A DNA stretch of 34,292 bases from Sphingomonas sp. (GCA_043756805.1 JAYUQI010000084.1:1-34292), one strand, 5' to 3'. Shown: positions 1-9,440, numbered from the stretch's first letter. The notes: generated from the sequence alone by a model not told the origin. Numbers and translations are program-made.

Positions 1-1726
1 TGACCCCGGAGAAGAAGAAGGTATCGCCGGGGGATAGCGTGGCGGCAAAGCCTTCCTCGACACGGCCCATCTTGCGCCCGTTCTTGAAGCGCACGGTCAG
101 CATGGCGGCTTCGACGATGATGCCGGCATTCATCCGGTGTTGGGTGATGAACTTCGGGTGCGACACGCGCCAGATGCTCCGCAGTGCTGAGCCTGTCGAA
201 GCACGGTTCATATCGTCTAACCGTCCTTCGACAGGCTCAGGACTGCGGACTTCTTCCCTCACCAGCCGCTTGAACTTGTCATAGGCGCGCAGCGCATAGC
301 CGCCGGTCGCGATGAAATCGAGAACGGCAGCGAAGGTCTCGGGGGTCAGTGCGCTGAAGGCGAGCGCGGATTGTACTTCGGCAAGCATCCGCGCTTCATC
401 GAACGGCGCGGCGCAGGCGCAGGCCATGAGATGTTGGGCGAGGACATCGAGACTCCCCGTGATGAAAACATCGGGATCGAGCTCGCCCGCTTCGACCGCA
501 TCAAGCGCGGCGCGGGCTTCGAGATATTCGAAGCGATTGCCGGGGACGAGGACGGCTTCGGATGGCTCATCGAGCCGGTGGTTGGCGCGGCCGATGCGCT
601 GGAGCAGCCGCGACGACCCCTTGGGCGCGCCCATCTGGACAACGCAATCGACATTGCCCCAGTCGACGCCGAGATCGAGACTCGCCGTCGCCACCAGCCC
701 GCGCAGTTTGTTGTCGGCCATCGCGCTTTCGACCTTGCGCCGCGCTTCAATGTCGAGACTGCCATGATGAATGCCAATGGGCAGCCGCGACTCGTTGACC
801 TTCCACAAATCCTGAAAAATCAGCTCGGCAAGCGCGCGGGTGTTGCAGAAAATCAGTGTCGTGTTGTGCGCCTCGATCTGCGCCATCACTTGCGGCGCGG
901 CATAGCGGCCCGAATGCCCCGCCCATGGCACGCGACCTTCGGGCAGGAGGATTTCGATGGAGGGCTCGGCCCCCGGATCGCCCTGCACCACGGTGACCGC
1001 ATCAATGTCGCCATAAGGCGCGAGCCAGGCGCGATAGGCATCGGGATCGGCGACCGTTGCGGACAGGGCGACGCGGCGGAAATCGGGGGCGATGGTCTGG
1101 AGCCGCGCGAGGCACAGGCTCAGCAAATCACCGCGCTTGCCAGTGGCGAAGGCATGGACTTCGTCGATCACCACGGTTTTCAGCCCGGCAAACATCGTCA
1201 GGCTGTCGGGGTAGCTGAGCAACAAGCTCAGGCTTTCGGGCGTGGTCAGCAGGATATGCGGCGGCTTTTCGCGCTGGCGTTTCTTGCGATCCGACGGCGT
1301 GTCGCCGGTGCGCGCCTCGACACGGATGGGCAGCGCCATTTCATCGATGGGGGTGAGGAGATTGCGGCGAACATCGACGGCGAGCGCTTTGAGCGGGGAG
1401 ATGTAGAGCGTGTGGAGACCCTCCCCGTCGTCATTCCCGCGAAGGCGGGAATCCAACGCCCCATTTCGAGGCTCGGGCGTTGGACCCCCGCCTTCGCGGG
1501 GGTGACGGGTTTTGGTTTGAACCTCAATCAACTCAACCAGAGTCGGCAAAAACCCCGCCAGCGTCTTGCCCGAACCGGTCGGCGCGACGAGCAGCGCATG
1601 TTGCCCCGCGCGCGCTGCATCAAGCATCTCGAGCTGATGCCGGCGCGGTGCCCAGCCTTTGCTCGCGAACCAGTCGGTCAAAACGCCAGGGAGTTTGGGG
1701 GGGAGGTGGGAATCAGTAGTCACCAT
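1..1726 (-). CDS. lhr: Ligase-associated DNA damage response DEXH-box helicase (Lhr-core family); 3' end runs off the window
   Basis: Hand translation from ATG 1726 (alternative GTG 1723): MVTTDSHLPPKLPGVLTDWFASKGWAPRRHQLEML...APTGSGKT (motif I)...LYISPLKALAVD (Ia)...VIDEVHA (II)...GYALRAYDKFKRL...HRMNAGII. Segments near 1726 and 301 are in the same frame. Absent from the ORF track because no stop lies in the window. Confidence 0.93.
   Translation of the reverse strand, partial: MVTTDSHLPPKLPGVLTDWFASKGWAPRRHQLEMLDAARAGQHALLVAPTGSGKTLAGFLPTLVELIEVQTKTRHPREGGGPTPEPRNGALDSRLRGNDDGEGLHTLYISPLKALAVDVRRNLLTPIDEMALPIRVEARTGDTPSDRKKRQREKPPHILLTTPESLSLLLSYPDSLTMFAGLKTVVIDEVHAFATGKRGDLLSLCLARLQTIAPDFRRVALSATVADPDAYRAWLAPYGDIDAVTVVQGDPGAEPSIEILLPEGRVPWAGHSGRYAAPQVMAQIEAHNTTLIFCNTRALAELIFQDLWKVNESRLPIGIHHGSLDIEARRKVESAMADNKLRGLVATASLDLGVDWGNVDCVVQMGAPKGSSRLLQRIGRANHRLDEPSEAVLVPGNRFEYLEARAALDAVEAGELDPDVFITGSLDVLAQHLMACACAAPFDEARMLAEVQSALAFSALTPETFAAVLDFIATGGYALRAYDKFKRLVREEVRSPEPVEGRLDDMNRASTGSALRSIWRVSHPKFITQHRMNAGIIVEAAMLTVRFKNGRKMGRVEEGFAATLSPGDTFFFSGV
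178..249. repeat. REP-doublet palindrome, family B (CTGAGCYTGTCGAAG core), in frame inside lhr
   Basis: 31-bp arms 178-208 and 219-249 are inverted repeats with 2 mismatches; 72 bp = 24 codons' length, read as part of VRSPEPVEGRLDDMNRASTGSALRS. Confidence 0.92.
1429..1507. repeat. REP-doublet palindrome, family A (CGTCATTCCCGCGAAGGCGGGAATCC, CGTC-tagged type), in frame inside lhr
   Basis: 33-bp arms 1429-1461 and 1475-1507 are inverted repeats with 4 mismatches; each arm is itself a hairpin with a GAAG/CTTC loop; read as RHPREGGGPTPEPRNGALDSRLRGNDD. Confidence 0.92.
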
Positions 1727-1741
1727 GCGCATATAGGGCCC

Positions 1742-2743
1742 ATGACACGATTAGGCGCATGGATCGAACCGCATCCGCACGGAATTTACATTCCCCCTGC
1801 CGATGCGTGGGTAGACCCGTCGCGCGCGGTGCCGCGTGCGCTCGTCACGCATGGCCATGCCGATCATGCACGCGGCGGGCATGGCGCCGTGTGGGCGACG
1901 CCCGAGACGCTCTCGATCATGGGCGTGCGCTATGGCGAACAGGCGGGTGGGACCGCCGTGGCTTATGGTGAGAGTGTCGTCGTCGGTGATGTGAAAGCGA
2001 CGTTCGTGCCCGCCGGTCATGTACTCGGCTCGGCGCAAATATTGCTCGAATATGCGGGTGAGCGCGTTGTGGTGTCGGGCGATTACAAGCGGCGCGCGGA
2101 CCCGACGTGCGCGCGCTTCGAGCCCGTGCCGTGCGATATTTTCATCACCGAAGCGACGTTCGGCTTGCCCGTCTTCCGTCATCCCGAAACGCGCGATGAA
2201 ATGGCGAAACTGCTCGCGGCGCTGGCGGCGGAGCCTGAGCGTTGCGTGCTGGTCGGGGCCTATGCGTTGGGCAAGGCGCAGCGGGTGATCGCCGAATTGC
2301 GTGCGCTCGGGCATGATGCGCCGATCTACATCCACGGCGCGATGCAGCGGCTGTGCGATCTTTATCGCGAGTGGGGCGTCGATCTGGGTGAACTCCGCCC
2401 CGCACTGGTCGCGAGCAAGGAGGAGATGCGCGGGCACATTGTCATTGCGCCGCCGTCAGCGCTTAACGACCGCTGGTCACGCCGCCTGCCCGATCCGATC
2501 ACCGCGATGGCTTCGGGGTGGATGCGCATCCGCCAGCGCGCGGTACAGCGCGGGGTCGAACTGCCGCTGATCCTGTCCGACCACGCCGACTGGGACGAAC
2601 TGACCGCGACGCTGACGGAGATCGCGCCCAAGGAAGTGTGGGTAACGCATGGCCGCGAAGAAGCGCTGATGCACTGGTGCATGACCCGTCAGATCAAGGC
2701 GCGGGCGCTCGATTTGGTGGGGTATGAGGACGAGGGTGATTAA
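1742..2743 (+). CDS. Ligase-associated DNA damage response exonuclease (metallo-beta-lactamase/beta-CASP fold)
   Basis: C-terminal part of ORF 371..2743 from MTRLGAWIEPHPHG; motifs THGHADH, AGHVLGS, SGDYKR, SDHADW; divergent from lhr. Confidence 0.92.
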   Translation: MTRLGAWIEPHPHGIYIPPADAWVDPSRAVPRALVTHGHADHARGGHGAVWATPETLSIMGVRYGEQAGGTAVAYGESVVVGDVKATFVPAGHVLGSAQILLEYAGERVVVSGDYKRRADPTCARFEPVPCDIFITEATFGLPVFRHPETRDEMAKLLAALAAEPERCVLVGAYALGKAQRVIAELRALGHDAPIYIHGAMQRLCDLYREWGVDLGELRPALVASKEEMRGHIVIAPPSALNDRWSRRLPDPITAMASGWMRIRQRAVQRGVELPLILSDHADWDELTATLTEIAPKEVWVTHGREEALMHWCMTRQIKARALDLVGYEDEGD

Positions 2744-2776
2744 GGGGTGAACAGTTAACATTTTAGAGAAAGAGGA

Positions 2777-3949
2777 TCAGCTAACCATCCAGTGGCGCTT
2801 TAAATACTCATCAAACATTGGGACGGTAAACGCGATGTCACCGTGCGCCGGACTGTATATCATTCCCTTCGAGATGATTTGCGCTCGTCGAGGGCCTAGC
2901 GCAGTTAACTGTTCTTTCAGCTCATTCGCCACGTCCGAGGATCGATATGGCCCAGCCCCCAATCGCGCCATAGCAATGACATACTCTCTCTCTTTTGGTG
3001 TCAGACGGTCAATCCGAACCTTGAAAAAGCCCTCGTCGAGCCGCCTTAGCGCTTCTCTTTCCGCTGTCTCGAGACAATCTTCAGATATCGGAGATTGGGG
3101 GGAGGCGTTCCATATTTGGTAACCCCATTCCTGCAGAAAATAGGGATAACCTCGGGTTGAAGCGACGATCTTGTCAAGCAGGTTGGCTTCTATTGATTCT
3201 TGTTCCTCTTCGATTGGCTGCCGGATTGCGTTTACAGCATCTTCATTGGCGAGGGCATCTATTTTTGGAAAGATGAATAGCCGCTCAGCATATGATTTCG
3301 CATCTCCCGTTAAAGCAGCAATTGCTGGCAATCCTGCGCCGAACAATAGAACTGGTAATGCTTTTTGGTTAATACGATGGATTGCAACGATCAGTGCACC
3401 CAATTCTTCTGGCGACAGATATTGCACCTCGTCTATTAGCAACACCCAACCTCGACCAGCAGCTTTTGCTGCCTCACCGACCTTAAGGAACAACTCGGTA
3501 AGGTCGAATTCAAGGTTGCCGCTATCAGCCAAACCGGGTTCTGGATCGACAGATAGAGCGTAGTCACCGACACTGATTTTGAATGCGCTTGCGAAGCCGC
3601 GGAGCGCCTGCAGCGCGGAATGCGCAGTCGCTTTGGCGGCTTCAATCAGCGATAACTTACGAAGCACTTGATGTATTTTTGGATAAAGCAACTCTACTAA
3701 TGTGCGGTCTTCTGGAGCTTCGATGAATGAAGTCAGATACCCGTGCCCTTCGGCAATTTGTTCGACTTTGTTTAGGAGAACGGTTTTGCCAACGCCGCGA
3801 AGGCCTAGTAGCATTTGAGACTGCGCGGCGCGGCCAAGAAGAACCCGTTGCAATGACGTATCTGCTGCTGCGATAATTTCATTTCGACCAGCCAATTCTG
3901 GAGGTTGCGACCCGGCTCCGGGCGCAAACGGATTACGAACTGGATCCAT
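2777..3949 (-). CDS. Stand-alone P-loop ATPase (AAA_16/STAND-like) with probable C-terminal winged helix
   Basis: MDPVRNPFAPGAG start at 3949; Walker A GLRGVGKT, Walker B LLIDEVQ, GxP-like GYPYFLQ; AT-richer than its neighbours. Confidence 0.85.
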   Translation of the reverse strand: MDPVRNPFAPGAGSQPPELAGRNEIIAAADTSLQRVLLGRAAQSQMLLGLRGVGKTVLLNKVEQIAEGHGYLTSFIEAPEDRTLVELLYPKIHQVLRKLSLIEAAKATAHSALQALRGFASAFKISVGDYALSVDPEPGLADSGNLEFDLTELFLKVGEAAKAAGRGWVLLIDEVQYLSPEELGALIVAIHRINQKALPVLLFGAGLPAIAALTGDAKSYAERLFIFPKIDALANEDAVNAIRQPIEEEQESIEANLLDKIVASTRGYPYFLQEWGYQIWNASPQSPISEDCLETAEREALRRLDEGFFKVRIDRLTPKEREYVIAMARLGAGPYRSSDVANELKEQLTALGPRRAQIISKGMIYSPAHGDIAFTVPMFDEYLKRHWMVS

Positions 3950-3997
3950 ATCTAACCTTTTAGATCTAATTATAGCTACAGTCACATATACTGCCAT
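3950..3997 (-). promoter_or_regulatory. Putative sigma70 promoter with overlapping palindromic operator for the ATPase gene
   Basis: Minus strand ATGGCA-N17-TATAAT (3997-3969); palindromes ATCTAA-N4-TTAGAT (3950-3965) and TTAGATCTAA (3960-3969) between the -10 and the ATG. Confidence 0.5.
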
Positions 3998-4057
3998 CAA
4001 ACTTTCTATATATCAAGATTTGATTCAACTCGACTGGCGTGCTTTCAAGCGCATCTT

Positions 4058-5230
4058 TCAATTTTCCGCCACAAAACTCAACCCCGCATTCGCCTCCAGT
4101 CGCGCCAGCAACGTCCCCGCCATCAGCCCGCCGGGTGTGAACACCCCGCCGCTGCTTTCGGTCTCGTTCAAAGTCAAAGCAGCCTCGGCAATCATCTTCG
4201 ACGTGCTGCCGTATCCGGGATCACGGTCGCCTTTGACGACGAGTTTGACGCGCTTGTCGTCGGGCAGCTCGGCCGTGAACAGGATTTCGTAAGACCCATT
4301 CTCGCGCTCTTCCTTGCTTGGCCCTTCGCCTGGTTCGGGCATTTTGCCGTCGCCGAATGGGTTCATCTTGGCGACCGCTTCGGCCATGGCCTTGCCCGCT
4401 TCGCCGATCGTGGTCAGCATCATTTCGTCATAGACGAAGTCCGCGCCGTAGCCCCCAAGTCCACCTGCGCCGCCCAACAGGAAGTTCGAACGGTGGACGT
4501 TCTTGGTGTTGATCGGCGCCATCACGAAGGGGACGGCCCAGCCCTTTTCCGCACGGTCATATTCGGGGATCATGCCGGTCGGCTGGTGCGGCCCTTCGAA
4601 GCCGGGGGTGAGCGCGAAGGGATTGGTGAGCAGGCCGAACTGTTTGGGGTTTTTGGCCGCAGACGCCATCGTCGCTTTCATGCTGGCAATCGTGCCGCCC
4701 GATGCGCCGCCCTTCATGCTGCGGACGCGGCATTTGATGCGTTTGGCGGGGGTGCCGAAACGGTCCTTCACGATTTCCTGCAATTTCCAGACGCCAAGAT
4801 CGAAGGGGATTGAATCGAACCCGCACGAAAAGACGATGCGCGCGCCCGAGGCTTTGGCGGCGTCCTGATGCGCGTCGATCATCTGGCGCATCCAGACGGG
4901 TTCGCCGCAGAGATCGACATAGGACGCGCCGGTTTCCGCGCACGCCGCGACCAGATCATTGCCGTAAAGCTGATACGGCCCGACCGTGGTGATGATCGTC
5001 CGTGCCCGCGCGCACATCGCGCGGATGCTTGCGGGGTCTTCGGCATCGGCCACGACCAGCGGCGTATCGGCAGGCGCGCCGATGAGGTCACGGACTTCGG
5101 CAAGTTTGGCGGCAGACCGCCCGGCCATCGCCCAGCCCTTGACGCCGCGCGCCACCAGATATTCGGCAACCAGGCGCCCGGTAAACCCCGTTGCGCCATA
5201 GACGATGATGTCGAATTCAGCTTTGCGCAT
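4058..5230 (-). CDS. Saccharopine dehydrogenase-like NAD(P)-dependent oxidoreductase (trans-acting enoyl reductase family)
   Basis: MRKAEFDIIVYGATGFTG Rossmann start; TTVGPY, YVDLCGE, CGFDSIP, GDRDPGYGST. Confidence 0.88.
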   Translation of the reverse strand: MRKAEFDIIVYGATGFTGRLVAEYLVARGVKGWAMAGRSAAKLAEVRDLIGAPADTPLVVADAEDPASIRAMCARARTIITTVGPYQLYGNDLVAACAETGASYVDLCGEPVWMRQMIDAHQDAAKASGARIVFSCGFDSIPFDLGVWKLQEIVKDRFGTPAKRIKCRVRSMKGGASGGTIASMKATMASAAKNPKQFGLLTNPFALTPGFEGPHQPTGMIPEYDRAEKGWAVPFVMAPINTKNVHRSNFLLGGAGGLGGYGADFVYDEMMLTTIGEAGKAMAEAVAKMNPFGDGKMPEPGEGPSKEERENGSYEILFTAELPDDKRVKLVVKGDRDPGYGSTSKMIAEAALTLNETESSGGVFTPGGLMAGTLLARLEANAGLSFVAEN

Positions 5231-5290
5231 CTTATATCCTTTTTTTCGAAAAACTTGCTTGCAGCAATGCGCGCGATCCGCAGTCGTGAC

Positions 5291-5331
5291 AAAAGAAAAC
5301 GCCCCCTGCAATCAAGCAGAGGGCGTTTTTT
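5291..5331 (-). terminator. Intrinsic terminator after the PEP-CTERM protease (potentially bidirectional)
   Basis: AAAACGCCC.CTGC-aatcaa-GCAG.GGGCGTTTT stem-loop with A/T tracts on both sides, about 18 nt past the stop. Confidence 0.8.
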
Positions 5332-5349
5332 CGAGTAAGGCGTCTGCGC

Positions 5350-6510
5350 TTAGGCGACAGCAACCTTGGCAGCCTGACGGCGACGGAGGATCGAACCAAT
5401 GAGGCCGAAACCGAAGATCATCTGGAGCCATGTCGCTGGTTCCGGCACAGCCAGCACTGACCGGATGAACTTTTCATGGATGAACGTCGGCACATAGCCG
5501 CTGAATTCACCGAATGAGCTGTTCAATCCACCGCCAACGTCGCCAAACCCTGGCCCAAACGAAAGGCCATAAGACGTCACAGAAATAATTTTGCCACCGG
5601 CAAACTGCGGTCCGCCCGAGTCACCACCAGCGACGCCAGCTTCACGAGCGCCACGACCTAGATCGCAACCGACGCCGGGCGCGCCGACTGCTGCGGCAAT
5701 CCGGCACGATGCGTCGTTCACAGATAGTCCACTGTCAAAATCGGACACGTAGCTAAAGTCGACAGCAGCGCGGCCGAAGAAGTTTTCTTGAGACACCGCA
5801 TCACGATCCGTGAAGAACCCGCCGAAAGCAGCATCACCCCAGCGATAATCCATCTTGTTATCGCCTTCGCGCAGACGACCCGGGCCGAGGTTTGCACCGG
5901 CGGAACCGCCGATCGTCGAGCGACGACCATATCCAGCCACCGTGAAGTCTGTGCCGGTCAGATCACCGCTATAGTCGACGTCATACGAAGTCGCCCAGAT
6001 CGGGGCAGCCTGCGAAAGCCGAAGAATTGCGATGTCGTTCTGGTCGATGACTTCGCCTGTGTACGACCCGCTGACGAAATAACGCTCGACCGTGATGGCG
6101 GTAATGCCAGCGCCACCAGCACTGGGAACTGTATCAGCGCTGCCGGTGTTGTTGAAAAAAGCCGTTGTCGTAAGAGGGTTGGCTGTGCCAGCACCACCGC
6201 TAACGCAGTGCGCTGCCGTCAGGATCGAGCGACGATCCGCCAAGAGTGTACCCGAGCAGATAAAGTTGCCGGCACCCGTGTTCATGATCAACGAAACGAC
6301 GCCCTTCTGGCGGCTCGCACTTGGCGTATAGATCGGATCGCCACCACCGGCGATCGTTGCCGTTGATGTCGTGCCGACAAGATTGCTTTGGGCGGTGAAT
6401 GTAAATGCACCCGATCCGCCAGTGATCGTTTTGCCTGCGCCGCCGGCATGTGCCGCCATTGGCATTGCGAGTGCTGTTGCTGCCAACAGACCTAAAATCT
6501 TTCCGCGCAT
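5350..6510 (-). CDS. Secreted chymotrypsin-fold (S1) serine protease with PEP-CTERM (PEPxxW) sorting tail
   Basis: Signal peptide ending AHA; catalytic motifs TAAHC, DIAIL, GDSGGP; tail VPEPATWLQMIFGFGLIGSILRRR; GGAGG RBS upstream. Confidence 0.9.
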   Translation of the reverse strand: MRGKILGLLAATALAMPMAAHAGGAGKTITGGSGAFTFTAQSNLVGTTSTATIAGGGDPIYTPSASRQKGVVSLIMNTGAGNFICSGTLLADRRSILTAAHCVSGGAGTANPLTTTAFFNNTGSADTVPSAGGAGITAITVERYFVSGSYTGEVIDQNDIAILRLSQAAPIWATSYDVDYSGDLTGTDFTVAGYGRRSTIGGSAGANLGPGRLREGDNKMDYRWGDAAFGGFFTDRDAVSQENFFGRAAVDFSYVSDFDSGLSVNDASCRIAAAVGAPGVGCDLGRGAREAGVAGGDSGGPQFAGGKIISVTSYGLSFGPGFGDVGGGLNSSFGEFSGYVPTFIHEKFIRSVLAVPEPATWLQMIFGFGLIGSILRRRQAAKVAVA

Positions 6511-6764
6511 ATAACCTCCCGTTCACGACCGGCTGGACCGGTCCGCTTGCTGTCCCTGTCGCTTGCCAGACACCGCGTCTGGTTTACGCCCCCGGAAACG
6601 GGGATATCTCGAATCAACATCGCGATATGATGAACGAATTGTTAATCGAACATCAAATCATGTCAAAGCGGTTTGCGACAGAAAATGTCCCTTTTCGGGA
6701 ACAATCGGGAATTGGCGGGCGAATGTGGTTAAAATGCCACCGGCTGGGCTTAATATCGTGTGCT

Positions 6765-9440
6765 TCAGGCTGCCAACTTCCTCAAAACATAGTGCAAAAT
6801 ACCACCGTTCATGAAATATTCGATTTCGTTTGCGGTATCGATGCGGCACAATGCTGTGAACGTAAATTCTGATCCATCGGCACGTTTGACGTGCACGTTT
6901 ACGTCCTGACGCGGGCTGAGCGCGGCGACGCCGGTGATGGTAAAGCTGTCGTCGCCAGTCAGGCCCAGCGTCGTCCGCGTGTCGCCGTTTTTGAACTGCA
7001 GCGGCAGGACGCCCATCCCGACAAGGTTGCTCCGGTGAATCCGTTCAAAGCTTTCGACAATGACCGCGCGGACGCCGAGCAGGTTGGTCCCTTTTGCGGC
7101 CCAGTCGCGCGACGATCCGGTGCCATATTCCTTGCCGCCGATAACGATCAGCGGCGTCATGTCGGCCTTGTGGCGCATCGCGGCGTCATAGATCGGCATG
7201 ATTTCGCCATTGTAGATGCTCATGCCGCCTTCGACGCCGGGGACCATTTCATTCTTAATGCGGATATTGGCAAAAGTGCCGCGCATCATCACGTCATGAT
7301 GCCCGCGCCGCGCGCCGTAAGAGTTGAAATCGGCTTTCGCAACTTGATGTTCCATCAGCCATTTGCCTGCCGGGCTGTCCGCCTTGATCGAACCCGCCGG
7401 GCTGATGTGATCAGTGGTGATCGAATCGCCGAGGATCGCGAGGGGCTTGGCACCGAGGATGTCCGCAATCGGCGCGGGTGTCATCGACATGCCGTCGAAA
7501 TAAGGCGGGTTCGCAACATAGGTTGACCCTGCGCGCCACTGATAAGTGTCCGACCCTTCGACCTGAATGGCCTGCCAATGCCGGTCGCCTTTATAGACGT
7601 CGGCATAGCGCGTGATGAACATGGCCCGATCAACATTGGCGTCCATGGTGGCGCGGACTTCGGCGTTCGTCGGCCAGATGTCCTTGAGATAAACATCATG
7701 CCCGTCGGTTGCCTGTCCGATCGGCGTGGTCGTGAAGTCCTGCGTCACGGTACCCTTCAGCGCATAGGCCACCACCAGCGGCGGCGACGCGAGGAAGTTC
7801 GCGCGCACGTCGGGCGAAACGCGGCCTTCGAAATTGCGATTGCCCGACAGGACCGAGGCGGCAACGATGTCGTTGTTGTTGATAGCCTTGCTGATCGGTT
7901 CGGCGAGCGGGCCGCTGTTGCCGATGCAGGTCGTGCAGCCATAGCCGACGAGATTGAACCCGATCGCGTCGAGATGCGACTGCAGCCCGGCCTTGATCAG
8001 ATAATCAGTGACCACCTGTGATCCCGGCGCGAGGCTTGTCTTCACCCAAGGCTTGGGTTTCAGGCCCAGCTCGTTCGCTTTTTTGGCGACAAGGCCAGCG
8101 GCGACGAGCACACTGGGGTTCGACGTGTTGGTGCAACTCGTGATCGCGGCGATAACGACGTCGCCGTCGCCGATGTCGTGGTCGCGCCCTTCGACGGGAA
8201 CGCGCTTGAAGCCATCATGCTTGTACACTGACGACAATTCACCGTTGAACACATCATCCACCATCGTCAGCGCCACTTTGTCCTGTGGGCGCTTCGGCCC
8301 CGCCAGTGACGGCACGACGGTGGCCATGTCGAGCGTCAATGTCGACGTGAACACCGGGTCGGGCGCGTCGGCAAAGCGCCACAGCCCCTGCGCCTTGGCA
8401 TAGGCTTCGGTCAGCGCGATCTGGCTCTCCTCGCGACCGGTCAAGCGCATGTATTCGAGCGTCTTTTCGTCGATGCCAAAGAAGCCACAGGTCGCGCCAT
8501 ATTCGGGCGCCATGTTGGCGAGCGTCGCGCGGTCGGCGAGGCTTAGTGAATCGAGGCCGGGGCCATAATATTCCACAAATCGCCCGACGACGCCATGCGC
8601 GCGAAGCATCTGCGTCGCGGTCAGCACAAGGTCAGTGGCGGTAATCCCTTCGCCCATCGCGCCCGTGAGTTTGAAGCCGACGACTTCGGGGATGAGCATC
8701 GAGACCGGCTGGCCGAGCATAGCCGCTTCGGCTTCGATCCCGCCGACACCCCAGCCGAGGACGCCGAGGCCGTTGATCATTGTTGTGTGACTGTCGGTGC
8801 CGACGCACGTATCGGGATAAGCAATCGTCGCGCCCGACGGGTCTTTCGACGTCCACACGGCTTGCGCGATATTCTCGAGATTGACCTGATGGCAGATGCC
8901 GGTGCCCGGGGGGACTGCCTTGAAATTGTCGAGGCTTTTCGATCCCCATTTCAGGAAGTCGTAGCGTTCGGCATTGCGGTAATATTCGATTTCGACATTT
9001 TGTTCGAATGCTTTGGGATGGCCGAATTCATCGACCATAACCGAGTGATCAATGACAAGATGGACAGGCACCAGCGGATTGATCTTTGACGTATCGCCGC
9101 CGAGCTTGGCAATCGCGTCACGCATCGCGGCGAGATCGACAACGCATGGGACGCCGGTGAAATCCTGGAGCAGAACGCGCGCGGGGCGATACTGAATCTC
9201 GGCTTCGCTAGTCGGGTTCTTCTGCCAGTCGATCAGCGCTTGAATGTCGGCGGTCGAAACGGTGAACCCGCCGTCTTCAAATCGCAGCAGATTTTCGAGC
9301 AGCACTTTCATGCTGAATGGCAAGCGCGAAACGTCACCAAGCTTTGCCGCTGCTTTGTCGAGGCTGAAATAGCTGACTGTCTGCCCACCCGCTTCAAGCG
9401 TGGAGCGTGTAGCGAGTGTGTCGTGTCCGACGGCAGTCAT
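6765..9440 (-). CDS. acnA: Aconitate hydratase A
   Basis: [60 protein letters not shown]; start MTAVGHDTL at 9440. Confidence 0.97.
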   Translation of the reverse strand: MTAVGHDTLATRSTLEAGGQTVSYFSLDKAAAKLGDVSRLPFSMKVLLENLLRFEDGGFTVSTADIQALIDWQKNPTSEAEIQYRPARVLLQDFTGVPCVVDLAAMRDAIAKLGGDTSKINPLVPVHLVIDHSVMVDEFGHPKAFEQNVEIEYYRNAERYDFLKWGSKSLDNFKAVPPGTGICHQVNLENIAQAVWTSKDPSGATIAYPDTCVGTDSHTTMINGLGVLGWGVGGIEAEAAMLGQPVSMLIPEVVGFKLTGAMGEGITATDLVLTATQMLRAHGVVGRFVEYYGPGLDSLSLADRATLANMAPEYGATCGFFGIDEKTLEYMRLTGREESQIALTEAYAKAQGLWRFADAPDPVFTSTLTLDMATVVPSLAGPKRPQDKVALTMVDDVFNGELSSVYKHDGFKRVPVEGRDHDIGDGDVVIAAITSCTNTSNPSVLVAAGLVAKKANELGLKPKPWVKTSLAPGSQVVTDYLIKAGLQSHLDAIGFNLVGYGCTTCIGNSGPLAEPISKAINNNDIVAASVLSGNRNFEGRVSPDVRANFLASPPLVVAYALKGTVTQDFTTTPIGQATDGHDVYLKDIWPTNAEVRATMDANVDRAMFITRYADVYKGDRHWQAIQVEGSDTYQWRAGSTYVANPPYFDGMSMTPAPIADILGAKPLAILGDSITTDHISPAGSIKADSPAGKWLMEHQVAKADFNSYGARRGHHDVMMRGTFANIRIKNEMVPGVEGGMSIYNGEIMPIYDAAMRHKADMTPLIVIGGKEYGTGSSRDWAAKGTNLLGVRAVIVESFERIHRSNLVGMGVLPLQFKNGDTRTTLGLTGDDSFTITGVAALSPRQDVNVHVKRADGSEFTFTALCRIDTANEIEYFMNGGILHYVLRKLAA

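Noticed and set aside
371-1741. N-terminal 457 aa of the 790-aa ORF, suggesting a large fusion to the exonuclease
   Set aside because: It is the antisense shadow of lhr; the helicase motifs are on the minus strand and the exonuclease begins at ATG 1742.
1700-1780. LexA (GTTC-N7-GTTC) box for the repair genes
   Set aside because: No such direct repeat found around the divergent starts.
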